Shown: positions 48,279 to 60,613, counted from the whole stretch's first letter. The stretch: 63,169 nucleotides of DNA, filler included, from Circinaria calcarea (GCA_051942165.1; 16 parts of 16 records of this genome joined end to end with filler, not necessarily neighbours in it), one strand, 5' to 3'. Numbers and translations: made by a program. The notes: generated from the letters alone by a model not told the origin.

Positions 48279-51200
48279 CTATAACCTCGCCTTCCCCTCA
48301 CCCGCCACCAACTCCGCCCCAGCACCCGCAATGCACAACTTGCCCGTCTCCACCACCTTGGTCTGAAACACGACCATCGGCCCCTCCCGCCACATCTCCG
48401 TCCGCAACGTCTGCCCCGGTACCACCGTGCCCGCAAACCGGACCTTGATGTTCTTGAACGCACCATACGTCTGATAGACATGCTTTCCGCTGATGCCAAA
48501 AAAGCACAAACCGTGCAGAATGGGATCCTTGAAGCCGCCGACTTTGGAGAATTCGGGGTCGATATGTAGGGGGTTGCGGTCGCCGTTGAGGCGGTAGAGA
48601 GCTGCCTGGTCCGGGGATGTTTGTTCTTCAACGACGGTGTCGGGGGCGCGCTGGGGAGGCTTGTGCACTGCGGTTGCGAGGCCGCGGTTGCCTCCTTTGC
48701 TGGGGCCGCCGAAACCCCCGCTGCCGCGGACGAAGATGGTGGATTCATTGTAGAAGATCTCATCACCGGAGGTGGCGTCTTTGGTGATGGTGCCTGAAAC
48801 GACGACAGCTGCGTTGCCTTTGTCGATGACTTCGATGAGTTTGGGGTAGCTGATCAGTTTCGCCGAGGTAGGAATGGGAAATTTGCGGAGTTCGAGGTAT
48901 TGTTCGCCGTGGAGGAGCATCATTGGCGAAAAGTTGGGCATAATGTCATCCATGTTCCAGGGAACCATGGCGCCAAAGGGAGGGATGACGCCGAACGTAG
49001 GAAGGACCTGGAAGGAATCGGAGTTCTCGTAGACCAAATGCAAGTCGGTACGTTTTGCACCCACGCCAAGGTTATACAGGATAACGTCTCGGTCGTCATA
49101 CGAAAACTCTGAACCGTCTCCTTGAAGCTTCTTGGCCTTCTCAATTTTCTCCAGTATCTGGGGATGAGATTTATCTCCTTTCTTTTCTTTTGTCCTACCG
49201 CTTCGATTCTGCATGTTGTTCATTATACTCTTCAGTCCATCTTGACTGTCTTCAGGATGATCGGCTCTACCGTCATCGAAATTGACAATGTCCTTCCATT
49301 CTTTCAAGACAGCCTCAGGAGTGAGCTTGATATCAATCGGGAAGCCATGACCGCCACTTCTCTGCCACCGTGTTCGTGCGTGCCAGCCACTGCCAACTTC
49401 AAACAAACCCCCGGTCGGAGGTTTAGGTACCTTGTCTGAGCAGAGTGCAACTACCAGTGGAGCAACCTGGTCAGGCTTGAAAGCTTGTACCATCTCCTCT
49501 GGCATGATCGTCCGTGTCATATTTGTTCCGGCATTAGGAGCAATGGTGTTTACGTAGATGTTGTACTTCGCACCCTCACGAGCAAGAGCGCGAGAGAAGC
49601 CTAATATTCCAAGTTTCTGCAACCATCAGTAAAAGGTGACTAGCTCGATAAAATCAAGACTTACCGCTGCGGCATAGTTGGCTTGGCCAAAGTTGCCGTA
49701 AATACCACTGGTACTGGTCGTGTTCACAATGCGTCCAAACTTCTGCTTGAGGAAGTATGGCCAAGCAGCTTTCGTTACTTTATAGGTTCCGCGAAGATGG
49801 ACAGCAATGACTTGATCCCATTGTGCATCTTCCATATTGTGGAAAGCTTTATCTCGTAGAATTCCTGCGTTGTTCACAACAATATCCACGCGACCATATG
49901 CGTCGATGGCAGCCTTGACAACAACATCGCCGTCTTCTGCAGAAGCTTTGTTCCCCACAGCTTTACCACCGTTTTTCTGAATTTCCTGGACGACATCGTC
50001 TGGATTAACAAGGTCGTTGACCACGACCGATGCTCCATGCTTTGCGAACAGGAGTGCGTATGCACGACCGAGTCTGATCTCATTAGCCAGCGCCATCTTC
50101 TGAAAGAGCACACACTTGCCCTGCACCAGCACCAGTAATCAAAGCAACTTTACCAGTAAAGTCGAGTTGCTCACCAGGTTCGTCGTCACCCTGCTTCTGA
50201 GCCTGGTCTAGTAATGACATGAAATCGGCAGGCCCGGTAGGATAGCTCGGTTCAGAAAAGTCATTGACCTTGTTCCATTTCTTAAGCACAGCTCCAGGGG
50301 TTAGGGTCGGACCGGTCTTGAGAAGAGCACCTTTGGCACGTTCCCATCGTAATTTGGCGATATGTCCACCACCGACTTCGAAGATGGAACCAGTTTCGTG
50401 CTGGTTGGAGGAATGAACCAGTACAGCCACCAGCGGTACCACCCAGTCTGGTCTAAGGTTTTCGAGGATATCAGGAGGCATTACGGTTTCGGTCATCCTG
50501 CTGGCCGCTGCATAGTGTCAGTTGGTTTGAATGATTCCTATGCTCAAAAACTGGCAAAGTCTAAAACACATGGCCGGGCATGCCATGTTCAGAAATGCCC
50601 CATGACAGGACTAAAAAGAGCTCATACCTATCGGCGCGATGACATTGCATATAATGTTATATTTGTAGCCCTCCTTCGCCAACGTCTCCGTGAATCCAAC
50701 TTGCGCTAGTTTCGCAGCTACCCAAATCAGCATGTAACTTACATAGTAAAGAAGGAGAGTTACCTGAGTAATTGCATTGTCCGAAGCTACCGAATAGGCC
50801 GGCAGCGGATGCAGTATTGATAACTCGCCCGTATTTTTGCTTCCGAAAGTGAGGCCATGCTGCTCTAGCACACTGTTTACCAGTTTCAGTAGCTTTCAAA
50901 GATAGGTATTCCTAACCCTCCGTGTATACAAACGGCATACCTTGTAAGCTCCCTTTACATGAACCTTGATGATCAAGTCCCAGTCTTCATCTGTCATGTT
51001 CTTGAAGCTGACATCCCGCAAGATTCCTGCATTGTTGAGTAGAACATCAACCCGTCCAAACTCCTTGATGGCCGTCTCGATAATCCTGTCTCCGTTCTCG
51101 ACACTATCGTAGTTTGCGACAGCCTTTCCTCCTGCAGCTCGTATCTCGTTGACAACTACATCTGCAGCCTTTCAAGGCATTTCGGTCAGCTAAAGGTTTC

Positions 51201-51352
51201 GATGAAGCTAATAGCACGTCAATTACCTTGGATGAAGTCCCTTCTCCTTTGAAAGACGCTCCAAGGTCGTTGACGACCACGTTGGCACCTCTTGAACCAA
51301 AGAAAGTTGCATAGGCTTTCCCAAGGCCCCCACCTGCACCCGTCACAACGAC
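48279..51352 (-). CDS. FOX2: Peroxisomal multifunctional beta-oxidation enzyme, 5'-truncated, multi-exon
   Basis: Two SDR domains ([24 protein letters not shown]), hydratase-2 motif [14 protein letters not shown], and a PTS1-type C-terminus -ARL. Confidence 0.97.
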
Positions 51353-51452
51353 NNNNNNNNNNNNNNNNNNNNNNNNNNNNNNNNNNNNNNNNNNNNTTAA
51401 TTAATTAANNNNNNNNNNNNNNNNNNNNNNNNNNNNNNNNNNNNNNNNNNNN

Positions 51453-53192
51453 TTCAAGCGCCGCCGTACCCAAATCAGACTTGCCCAGCGAGCATATCGG
51501 GAAAGGAAGGAAACAACCATCTCGGCCCTGGAACAACGAGTCTCTGCACTAGTGGGTACCGTTAGTGAAATGAACCAAATCTTCCTGGATTACCACACCA
51601 AAGCCATTTCGTCGGGGATCGCTGGATTAATTCCGGGTTTGGGACTTGAGCTTAATAAAACGACAAATCGCTTTCTGCAGTTAGCCCGAAATGCGAAACT
51701 TGACTCGAATGTCGATGAGACTGAGGAAATCCCTCGGGAGACCAGCCATGAATCGAATCAAGACGATGATATCACCAATCCAGGTCAACCTGTCTTCGTA
51801 TCCTCAGTGTCTCAATTGGAACTACCGCTTCAATACTCGGCCCCTAAGACGACAGCAATGCTAGGTTACGAGGTTTCATATGAAGAGGTACCGCTGTCCG
51901 ATATCGGAACCAGCAATGATGGACAACAGCGTATAGCAAACCAAGACTACAGTATCAACCATGGCTGGAAGGATCCCAACTGGCAGCAGCTGGACCTGCA
52001 ATCATATAACATGGAGGGGAACCCCCAATACTCCAGGTCCACCACAGATTCGATCTCAAGCATGACCCCAAGTATCCCCGACTCCCTCCAGTCCCCTTTT
52101 ACATACTCCTTCCAAGAAACTACCTTCGCCCGCCGGCTCTTCCGCTCATCGTACGAAAAAGCCTACCGTATCATCACCGACCCCAGCTCCTCCCAGGAAA
52201 CCATCCACTATCGCCTCCGCTTCTCCTTTTGCTACGCAAGCCTCCAATCCATCACCTCCCACATCCACCAAGTTCTCTCCCGCACTCGCCACCAGAACTT
52301 GGAAAACTGGGCCGCCCCGATCTTGCATAATGGAGGTGCTGGACTCCATTACCCCCGTGGGGGATTGGACAGCGAAACCGATCCTGCACCGATGAATTGG
52401 AGGGAGGGGAGGCTAAGTAAGGCGCCAAGGAGATTGGGCGTTGCGCAAACGAAGGAAGCAGATCAGTTGGAGGTGGATGAGTTTTCCAAGTTCGCCAACT
52501 GCGAGGGTATCTGGTTTGATCCAAATGATGTGGAGCAGTACCTCAGGACCAAGGGGCTCTATCTCGATGGGCAATCTTCGCTCGCAGAAATCGAGGTCGA
52601 TGCCCCGTCTCCGCTTAAATCGCTGCTTCCAGGAACGGCGACAGATTCTCCGTACAGTTGTTCGACAGATAGTTTCGACTCACCTGCAAGTCTCGGGGAT
52701 CAGGCATTGAATCTAAATCGGTTTCCGGAGAACGACAGCGACCCCTACTTTTTCAGTATGAATACTTCTTCCTCTGCCTGGCTTGTGGGAGACCTGCCAG
52801 GTCTCAATACAAGTAACGAGAGAATAGACCTCGCCCTCGAGTCGAGTAATAGCGCAAATGGAAAGGCGAAATCCAACCCAAACCCCACCATCTATCCTGC
52901 CTCTCAGCCCGCCCTAAGCACGAATAAAAACACGAACATGAACTTATTACCCACCTACCCTCCCCGTTCCTTCCCTTCCAGGAAGCGCAAACTCACAATC
53001 GACGTCGACAAACTCCTCGAGCGTTAGTCTCCTCCTCCCCCATTCGATCAAATACCTATACTAAACATAAGCTGATTGAAAAGCACAGTTCTAAATAGTC
53101 ACAGCGTCTGCATGGGCCGCGCACCGGGGTACAGGAAGGAAAACGTAGACATGGCTTTCCGGCAAGCGGTTAGGGAGGCGGAAGCCTTTTGA
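51453..53192 (+). CDS. bZIP transcription factor, 5'-truncated, one 3' intron
   Basis: The frame is open from the contig edge: KRRRTQIRLAQRAYRERKETTISALEQRV. Also TYSFQETTFARRL, and a last exon VCMGRAPGYRKENVD...AF*. Confidence 0.9.
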
Positions 53193-54392
53193 ACAGGGGG
53201 GAGAATGAGTGATGAAATTATATACCTGAGGCTTTCTCAACTGATATAACGCCCCGCTCTAAACAACCAGTACAACTCGACGCCCGTGATTCGTATCAAC
53301 TTTCCAAAAACACTTGTCCACCTTTGCGATTTTCGTTTTTCGACATTTCTAAAACCTACTTCTGTATAAACAGCGAAACACCCTAGCTACGTTTTGCAAT
53401 AAAAAGACCTTGCAAGACCTTTCTAGAACCGGGTTGCGGTTTTTTTTTTTGGAAATTTTTCCCTCCCCGGTTATCCGGGGCCCTGCCTGCCCCTGCCCCT
53501 TGTTGAGCGCGGAACCGGGTCTCAGTCTCGGATCCCCTGAGATTTTGTTGTTCAAAGCCCGGTTCAAACTCGAAAGTCGAAAGTCGAAACTCGAAACTCG
53601 AACTCGACTGTTTGGCTTCCCGGGCTTGTTCTTGTTCTTGGTATATTACTACTACTGCTAACTACGAGGGAAACTTCTTGATAAATTGAGACGGGAGAGA
53701 AGGAGAAAGGGAGGTTTTTAGCGAGGGAATTTCTGTGTACTCCGTAAAGAGGAGGTTTTATTTATTTTTGTTTATCTTAAATATACGGAGGGGAGCTAGC
53801 CATTTGGATTTGGGGGGCAACCACCGCGAATAAATATTTATAAACTTATTTTATATAATAAATATTATAAAAAGCTAGTTATTATATTACACCGTAGTGT
53901 CAAGCTACGGCGTCATTATGTGGCATCGATAAGTGAGTGAGAGAACGATTTCTACTACAACTACGTGTATATCTGCTATGCTGTGCTGTGAGAATCTCTC
54001 TATGTGTGCGTATAGGCGATCGGAATAACATGCGCCCGAGGAGCTAACCGCAAAGGTTTGACAATCTACGTGGTCTATGCCACTAGTACCGGATGATCCG
54101 GATCCCTGGTGGAATTGCACGAGGAGGTAACTCCATGACAATCACTTCCTCTATCAAAGAGCAAACAGCCCTCTACTACCTTGGAGGGACCGAGCGACAT
54201 CGACGCTCGTAATACAAATTATTGGCCCTACAGACCAAGACCTCCTCAAGTCTAAGAGATAGAAGGCCAGGTTAGCTTTCACTAAGCGGGGCAGACCACT
54301 AACTTCCTTAGTAAAGCATCACCGCGCTGATAACCGTTGAGCAGTAGCCCGACGAGTATCGCGATAGGTGGTTTTTCCTTCCGTTAAATACA

Positions 54393-55088
54393 ATGAGTAC
54401 TCGAAGTAGTGCCGCTATCAACGTACTGGTCGTTGACAATCCTCGCTCCAGTCCAGCACCATGCTGGACCTCCGCGAAATACAAGTATAGCAGCAGCCTA
54501 TCCTCTTCCCCTCCCCCATCAGCCCCCACCGGAAGTACGAGACTACACAATAACGATACGGGAATCAAAAGTTTTAAACTTGGCAACTCTAGCGGAAGGA
54601 CATATAAGATCCTCGACGCAACTCAGCTCGACGCAAATTATAACGAACTGCTCGCAACACAGTCGATATCCGATATTAAAGTAATGGTCTTCGTTATAAA
54701 TTGCGCAGCCTACGATCCGATGTTCGAAAAGTCGACCTCAGGTCCATTGAACGGGGATCTGGCACTCTATTCATCCCTATGTAAAGCAAGTTGGGCTAAG
54801 AGCGCTCGAATGATGCTATTGATCGATGGCCTTGGTGCCTTTCGCGAAAAGGTGGAGGCTCTCGATCTGGACAAGTTCGTATCGGAATACAAATGGGGTG
54901 TCAACATGGATAAGCTCATTGAGAATGGTCCAAAGAGGTTTGAAAAGCTTGGACGAAGTTCTGGAAAGGAAACGCATTCACTGTACGCAGCCGAAGACTC
55001 TGAAGCTTTACAAAGGCCCGGTCCGATTGATCATTTGATTCTCTTGTTGGAGAGCTTTGCTTCAGAGGGAGAAAAAGAAGCGAATTAG
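54393..55088 (+). CDS. Degenerate, truncated G-protein alpha-like protein
   Basis: TGIKSFKL..YKILDATQ, IKVMVFVINCAAYD, LALYSSLCKASW, MMLLIDGLGAFREKV and RFEKL..KETHSLYAAEDS are colinear with the G-alpha Ras-like domain. Confidence 0.7.
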   Translation: MSTRSSAAINVLVVDNPRSSPAPCWTSAKYKYSSSLSSSPPPSAPTGSTRLHNNDTGIKSFKLGNSSGRTYKILDATQLDANYNELLATQSISDIKVMVFVINCAAYDPMFEKSTSGPLNGDLALYSSLCKASWAKSARMMLLIDGLGAFREKVEALDLDKFVSEYKWGVNMDKLIENGPKRFEKLGRSSGKETHSLYAAEDSEALQRPGPIDHLILLLESFASEGEKEAN

Positions 55089-55168
55089 ACTGGCTTAAGC
55101 AGTTATGAGCCAAGAGAATCAGTTATTGATACGGTTGCGTGCTTGAAGGTATAAAAACTTTATACGAG

Positions 55169-55294
55169 TGTAAGGGCGCTCCAATCCTTGGGGCCTATTA
55201 AGGAATATGATAAGTCCCGATTGATGATAGCACGGTTATATAAAGTGTAGTTAAACTGTTGCCCTAGGCTCAATATAAAAGGAATATATTGAAC
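55169..55294. mobile_element. Second copy of the LTR at 10085-10446 (opposite orientation, cut by the contig end)
   Basis: Its reverse complement aligns to 10322-10446; similarity stops exactly at the TGTAAGGGCGC terminus. Confidence 0.9.
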
Positions 55295-55394
55295 NNNNNN
55301 NNNNNNNNNNNNNNNNNNNNNNNNNNNNNNNNNNNNNNTTAATTAATTAANNNNNNNNNNNNNNNNNNNNNNNNNNNNNNNNNNNNNNNNNNNN

Positions 55395-55811
55395 GTCGGT
55401 CGAGACTGCCAGCTCACATCCTGCCCGCCCTCGACACCCACCACGGTCCTCGTCAGCGAGGGCATCACGGTCTTGGTCGCGAGTTCGGCGACCAGCGGCG
55501 CTATTGCCACGGTAGCCAATAATGCCGGACAGCAGCGAGGAAGCTGCGCGCAGGGTTGGGTCGGGTGTCCGGCCAGTGCGGGGGGAGGGTGTTGTCCGCA
55601 GGGGTACCAGTGCAGTGGGAATAGCTGTTTGGCGCCTGCGGGTGGGGCAGGGAGCGGAAGTGTGACTGCGAGCAGTGTCGCGCAGGTCGCCACGGGGGCT
55701 TCTGTCTCGGCAGGCAATGGTGGTGGTGGGGTGGGAGAAGGCAGGAGATGGGGGATGAGCATGCTGACGGCCGCAGTTGGGGTGGGTGTGGCGGGTGCCC
55801 TGATACTGTGA
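55395..55811 (+). CDS. Cys-rich, probably GPI-anchored cell-surface protein, 5'-truncated
   Basis: VGRDCQLTSC...CAQGWVGCPASAGGGCCPQGYQC, a Ser/Gly/Ala-rich linker and a hydrophobic C-terminus. Confidence 0.75.
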   Translation, partial: VGRDCQLTSCPPSTPTTVLVSEGITVLVASSATSGAIATVANNAGQQRGSCAQGWVGCPASAGGGCCPQGYQCSGNSCLAPAGGAGSGSVTASSVAQVATGASVSAGNGGGGVGEGRRWGMSMLTAAVGVGVAGALIL

Positions 55812-56991
55812 GAGCGGAGAAAGTATTTTGTTCGATTTTACGATTTGGATGAGATAAGTGGCAAAGTTCCTACTTGGCTTATTTTTTTTTTGGAACTATT
55901 CTCGGTTTTTTGGAAGGCGGACCCCTCGGCCAGAACAGGCACAGCACGGACTGAATCCTAGACCCCTAGACTCATGACCACGTTTAGAAACGGTACATAC
56001 TGTACGTGGTTATTCAACCAGCACCTGGATTTCTATAGAAAATGTCCCCCATTCCCTTTCCTTCCCTTCCCTTCCCTTCCGCACAACCTCTCTCTCTGGA
56101 CTCTCCCTAACTATCTCGAAAACCAAACCGTTCCCTTCCCTTCCCTTCCTGCAACGCTCCTCTCTCCTCTCTGACCTCTCTGACCTTTCTGACGAACAAA
56201 ATAAATGCTTTTGGTCTTCTTTACCCCCCACCCTTTCTTTTCCCCCCAGAGTTACCTACTCCCTCCCTCCATCCGGGCCAGGACTTTCACCTGCATCTCG
56301 CTTCTCGTTTCTCGCATCTCGCTTCTTACATCTCGCTTCTTTCGCAGTCGCAGGTGAGTTTGCTTGAATTTTTGAATAGGCAATGTACCATTCGATATTG
56401 ATAGATATTTCATTGAAACTTGCTGGCTTGTGGGAGGGGGTTAGAAAAGAAACACCAGGTCCAAGTCGAGGAGAGGAAGGGCATTCTCCAATAGGTTTTT
56501 ACGGATAGCGATGGGGAAGGAAGAAGACTTGGGGGAAGGAAAAAGGATAGACGGAAAAAGGGCAAAGGGGGTTGTTGGTGTTTGGAAGCGAGTTGGAAAA
56601 TTATGTTTGAGCTCAATTCACGAGCCGTCACGTTGAGGAGGACCCGGTAAATTAACATCGTCAGAGTGAATCAGCGTCAGGCGGCGTCTTACGCTGCTAT
56701 GTAGATAAGAACCTATCGTATCAAATATGCAATTGACGGCCCAGGTCTCGCTTCCATCCTATGAGAGTGAACAACTTCCCAAGGGACAAGGTAGACTGAT
56801 CTGAAGAACGAAGATACACCACGCGCCGACGCTTAAACCGTGGCAGGGGGCCCTTAATCATGAAACGAGAAAAGAAGAGTCGTCTCAGCTGGTAAAAATC
56901 GCGGGCAGCCATGATAAACGCTTTGGAGACGAAGCTGTGATTGATTCGCCGTCAGCCGAGGCTATTGTGAGATGATCATAGGGGAACAAAT

Positions 56992-59232
56992 CTAAAAGAC
57001 CTCACCTGCATTCGGAGCTTTCTCGCCAGTCTCATTCACTTGTTCTTCAGGTGCTTCGGCGAAGTTTGGCTCGGGACTTGCAGCCCTTCCACCATCCTCC
57101 TCCGATGACTGTGCCGCCGGTTCGGGACCCACAGAGCTATCCTCCGCCTCCTTACCCTTGCTAGCCGATCGAGCTTGCTGCTTCTCCCATCCTTCACGTC
57201 GTAATCTCTCGTCTTTCGCTTTCCGAAGTCTTTCCGCCTCTTCTACACCGCCGCTCTTGCGCAATTTACCTTCATCCACGAAACTACCAAGCTCTCTCTT
57301 GAACTCGCCGTCCCTTCTATCTTCCAGTTCTTTTTGTCGAGCCTTCTCTGCACGCTCGATGGCCTCAAGTCTGGTTTCGTGATTTGGCTGCAGAGCCCTG
57401 ACTTCGCCTAATACTCCGTCTTTTGCTTTCACAGGGTCCACGTCTGTATCAGACGCAATCATACCTCTCGAAGTGCTACGCAAGGTGGTCCCTCCCCCAG
57501 GGATGTGGGCGGCTTGAAGGTTTTGTTGCTTGGTCGCTTCTTCAACTAATGCAAACGTCTGGGTCGCTTTCTCGAGATCATCTTCGAGATCAGCAACCAG
57601 CTCCTCTTGCATGGTCAGGAATTCTCGGTCATTGCACACGAGCTCAAGTTCCTTCTCCCAGATCTTGGTCCAGACTGGCTTCTCTCGTTTGAGGTATTCT
57701 TGCATCTTTTTCAACTCTGCTGTAGCCAGGCTAATTTCTTTACTGACAGTTTCCAATTGGCGGGGAAGAGGCCGGACGCCTCGTGAAACGACATCCTTGC
57801 GAAGATCCTCGACAAGATCTTGCAGATCATCGACCCGATTTACAATGTTCTCCGACTCCTCCCCAACGGTCTTCTTTCCACTATTCACATGCGCGCGCCC
57901 GCTTGTAACGTCGAGTGCAGGCGTGACTGTATCTACAGCAACAGACTTGAGGGAGGATGCCTTGGCTCGTATGTTACCCATAGAGCTGGTAAGTTCAGAG
58001 GCATAAGATGAGAACGTCTGTCGAACAACGGCAAGGTCTCTGCGCAAAGACTGGATGCTCGAAGCTTGATCTGAATTCTGGTTTGATGAAATAGAGGAGC
58101 GGATGCTGTTCGCCGAGGGCTTTCCGAAGGAAGGCGCACGGCTGACTGTCGGTGTGGAGGTTGTAGTTAGTCGAGCAATACTCTTTGCTGCATCTTGCTG
58201 ACGATCCGATACCTGGCTGATGACCGCCTGTTGTCCATCAACAACTGTACGGACCCCTTCCACCATTCTCCGCAAGCCGCCAAGACCTTCATCAATGTGC
58301 CTCTTAACTTCGTCCAAAACTTCCACGTTCAAAACTAGGACAGACCGATCCTTGACATCGCTCAGGTCTTCTAGCTCGTGACGCACGCCAGATACTGGAT
58401 CTTGGATATAAATCTCCGGTAAGTCAATGCCATTACTGTGAGTATTCCAAGCGAATTTTTCAATAAAGGCGAGCTGTAATCTAGCGATAGAGAGGTCGCT
58501 GAGACCATCAGGTAGCACGTATTTCTTGATCTTAGACTTGTACTGTAGAAACAAAGTGAGCTCCTTTCCAGGCTGCGGTGATTGCTCTGGTACAAAATGT
58601 TGGCCTTGTGCCGAACTCGGTGTAGGCCGTTGATATTCTCTGATAGACACCGTGCTAGGCTGTCTTTGCAGCATTCTACTCCGATCCACCTTTTGCGGCT
58701 CTGTATCTTCAGTATCACTCAGATCGTATCTTGTAAGGCCGTCGACATCATGAATTGGAGGACCATTTAGTGTAGCGCTCAGCGCTGGTCTGTCTGTGCC
58801 ATTCAGGTCGAGATAAGGTGGGCCATACTTGTCTTCTGGGGTCTTGATCGTGGGACTATAATCTTCTTGTTGCTCAGGAGGAGGTATAATAGTTGGGACA
58901 TCACCCGTATGACTGCTCTCCTCTGATATACGTCGTGGAACCGGGTTGCCTCTAGTTGGTGATGGGTCTCCAAATCGATTCGGTGATCGTTGACGAACGG
59001 GTAGAAGGGACCCTCGCGTTCGAACTGCATTTAGCGATTCCCTAACATCTCTGCCACGGTTCGGAATAGGGGAGTTCTGGGATGGCGGTATCATTGGTAC
59101 ATTACCAGGAGGGGCTCCCAAATGCTTTGATATTTGGTACGCAGAATACCGCCTTGATGCTCGGCGTTCAAGATCGCCACCTCGTTGCAAGGCCGCGAGG
59201 GCATCCTGTTGCTTTGGAGGCGGAGGGGGAGG
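56992..59232 (-). CDS. BUD6: Actin-interacting protein 3 / Bud6, 5'-truncated
   Basis: LERRASRRYS, TLFLQYKSKIKK, LQLAFIEKF, DLRKDVVSRGVRP, EKPVWTKIWEKEL and EVRALQPNHETRLEAIERAE. Confidence 0.95.
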   Translation of the reverse strand, partial: PPPPPPKQQDALAALQRGGDLERRASRRYSAYQISKHLGAPPGNVPMIPPSQNSPIPNRGRDVRESLNAVRTRGSLLPVRQRSPNRFGDPSPTRGNPVPRRISEESSHTGDVPTIIPPPEQQEDYSPTIKTPEDKYGPPYLDLNGTDRPALSATLNGPPIHDVDGLTRYDLSDTEDTEPQKVDRSRMLQRQPSTVSIREYQRPTPSSAQGQHFVPEQSPQPGKELTLFLQYKSKIKKYVLPDGLSDLSIARLQLAFIEKFAWNTHSNGIDLPEIYIQDPVSGVRHELEDLSDVKDRSVLVLNVEVLDEVKRHIDEGLGGLRRMVEGVRTVVDGQQAVISQVSDRQQDAAKSIARLTTTSTPTVSRAPSFGKPSANSIRSSISSNQNSDQASSIQSLRRDLAVVRQTFSSYASELTSSMGNIRAKASSLKSVAVDTVTPALDVTSGRAHVNSGKKTVGEESENIVNRVDDLQDLVEDLRKDVVSRGVRPLPRQLETVSKEISLATAELKKMQEYLKREKPVWTKIWEKELELVCNDREFLTMQEELVADLEDDLEKATQTFALVEEATKQQNLQAAHIPGGGTTLRSTSRGMIASDTDVDPVKAKDGVLGEVRALQPNHETRLEAIERAEKARQKELEDRRDGEFKRELGSFVDEGKLRKSGGVEEAERLRKAKDERLRREGWEKQQARSASKGKEAEDSSVGPEPAAQSSEEDGGRAASPEPNFAEAPEEQVNETGEKAPNAGEVF

Positions 59233-59332
59233 NNNNNNNNNNNNNNNNNNNNNNNNNNNNNNNNNNNNNNNNNNNNTTAATTAATTAANNNNNNNNNNNN
59301 NNNNNNNNNNNNNNNNNNNNNNNNNNNNNNNN

Positions 59333-60109
59333 GACAGGTGCTGCTCGACCCTCACGCTCTGCCTTGTCTTTTTCCGCCTTCAAGCGTCGCTCCTCCTTGT
59401 CTGCGGCAATCTTGGCCTTGATCCTCTCCTTCGCAGCAATTTCTTCCACCTTTTCCCTGCGTTTCGCCGCGGCTTCCTTGATTTGCTCTTTCTTCTGTAG
59501 ATCTTCCTTGATATCCTGAACCTCCTTTGTACTCTTTCGCCGAATTTCCTAACCATTAAGTCAGCAGCTACCCTGTAATCCGCGAAAACTCTGTGCTTCA
59601 CCTCATTCCTCTTCTTGTCCGCCTTGTCCTGCTCCGACTCGCCACTTCGCTTCTCTAGAAGTCTACGCCGCAGATCTTCAAGTTTGGCTTTTTTCTCTTC
59701 CTCCGTTAGTGGCGGTACTTCGAACCGTGACTCCGCGAAGTTGACGTGGTCAGTTTTTGCGCCGTGGAATTCAGCTTGTGCCACACTTCTAAACATCTTG
59801 CCACAATCGTTACAGACCAGACTCTTGGCCACTTCGCCAGGCTTCAGTTCAGGAGGTTCGGCATTAGCATCGTCGTTATTCTCCACAGCAGTCTTTGCAG
59901 ATGAGGTAGGGGTGTTGATTTCCTCGAGGGATTTGTCCTGCATTTGTTCCAGCCACTCTAGAGCTCCCTGCACTTTGCAATCAGTCAGCAGTATTCCACA
60001 TGAGGCGTGGGAAACTCTTACAGCCTCCGGACTTCTTGACAGCAAGCTCAGCTCTTGCTCGGTCAAAGCCCATATCTATGAGTACATCTAGATCTGATGA
60101 GGTTGCCAT
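59333..60109 (-). CDS. UBA + C2H2 zinc finger + coiled-coil protein (UBXN1/SAKS1-like UBX protein), 3'-truncated, 2 introns
   Basis: MATSSDLDVLIDMGFDRARAELAVKKSGG|LQGALEWLE, SLVCNDCGKMFRSVAQAEFHGAKTDH and PLTEEEKKAKL. The UBX domain itself is outside the contig. Confidence 0.85.
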
Positions 60110-60613
60110 GTTGGGTCCCCAGACGCCTTACGCAAGGCAGGTGAAATAAGGAGTTGTATGAGGCAAGTGATGTTTTGCTAGAGCGAGGTCTCACTTCTCG
60201 TTGAAATAAAGAGAGTGTTGCTCAGCTACATAACATGAGGGTATGTAGGGTATCGGTTTCACGACCGGGGTCTATCGGAGAGCACGGAGACTAAAGACCG
60301 AGGGACCCCACGTCACTCTCTGATGATGGGTGATCCGCGGCTAAACAGGCTTCACAGGGCCAATGGCAACTTCCCTACACAAAGTACCGAGTACACTGAC
60401 CACCCTTTTAAATCGGCTTCACTGCTGCTTTTATCAGACCATTTGAAACCATTGCGCCATATCCTACCTTGGACATCGACTGTTGTACGTTGCTCATGCT
60501 CAGTGTCAGGATGTCTAGAACACGCGCGAGGCTGACTCCCCAACGATAGAGCGGTTCATACCATACCATAACGGAGTATAGCCAATTCTCACATCCCAAT
60601 ACGTCAAATCACC

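Noticed and set aside
50297..50310. GGGTTAGGGT telomere-like or template-like motif
   Set aside because: It lies within FOX2 coding sequence; a chance match.
56050..56345. (TTCCC)n and (CATCTCG)-like tracts
   Set aside because: Ordinary low-complexity pyrimidine-rich intergenic sequence.
3868..59332. Regularly spaced TTAATTAATTAA repeats about every 3.95 kb
   Set aside because: These are assembly spacers inside N-runs, not a biological array or CRISPR. ORFs ending in XXX-LIN are artefacts.
60321..60400. TGATGA...CTGA resembling a C/D snoRNA
   Set aside because: The C box is imperfect, with no terminal stem or recognisable rRNA guide; it sits in the divergent UBX/SCS2 promoter region.
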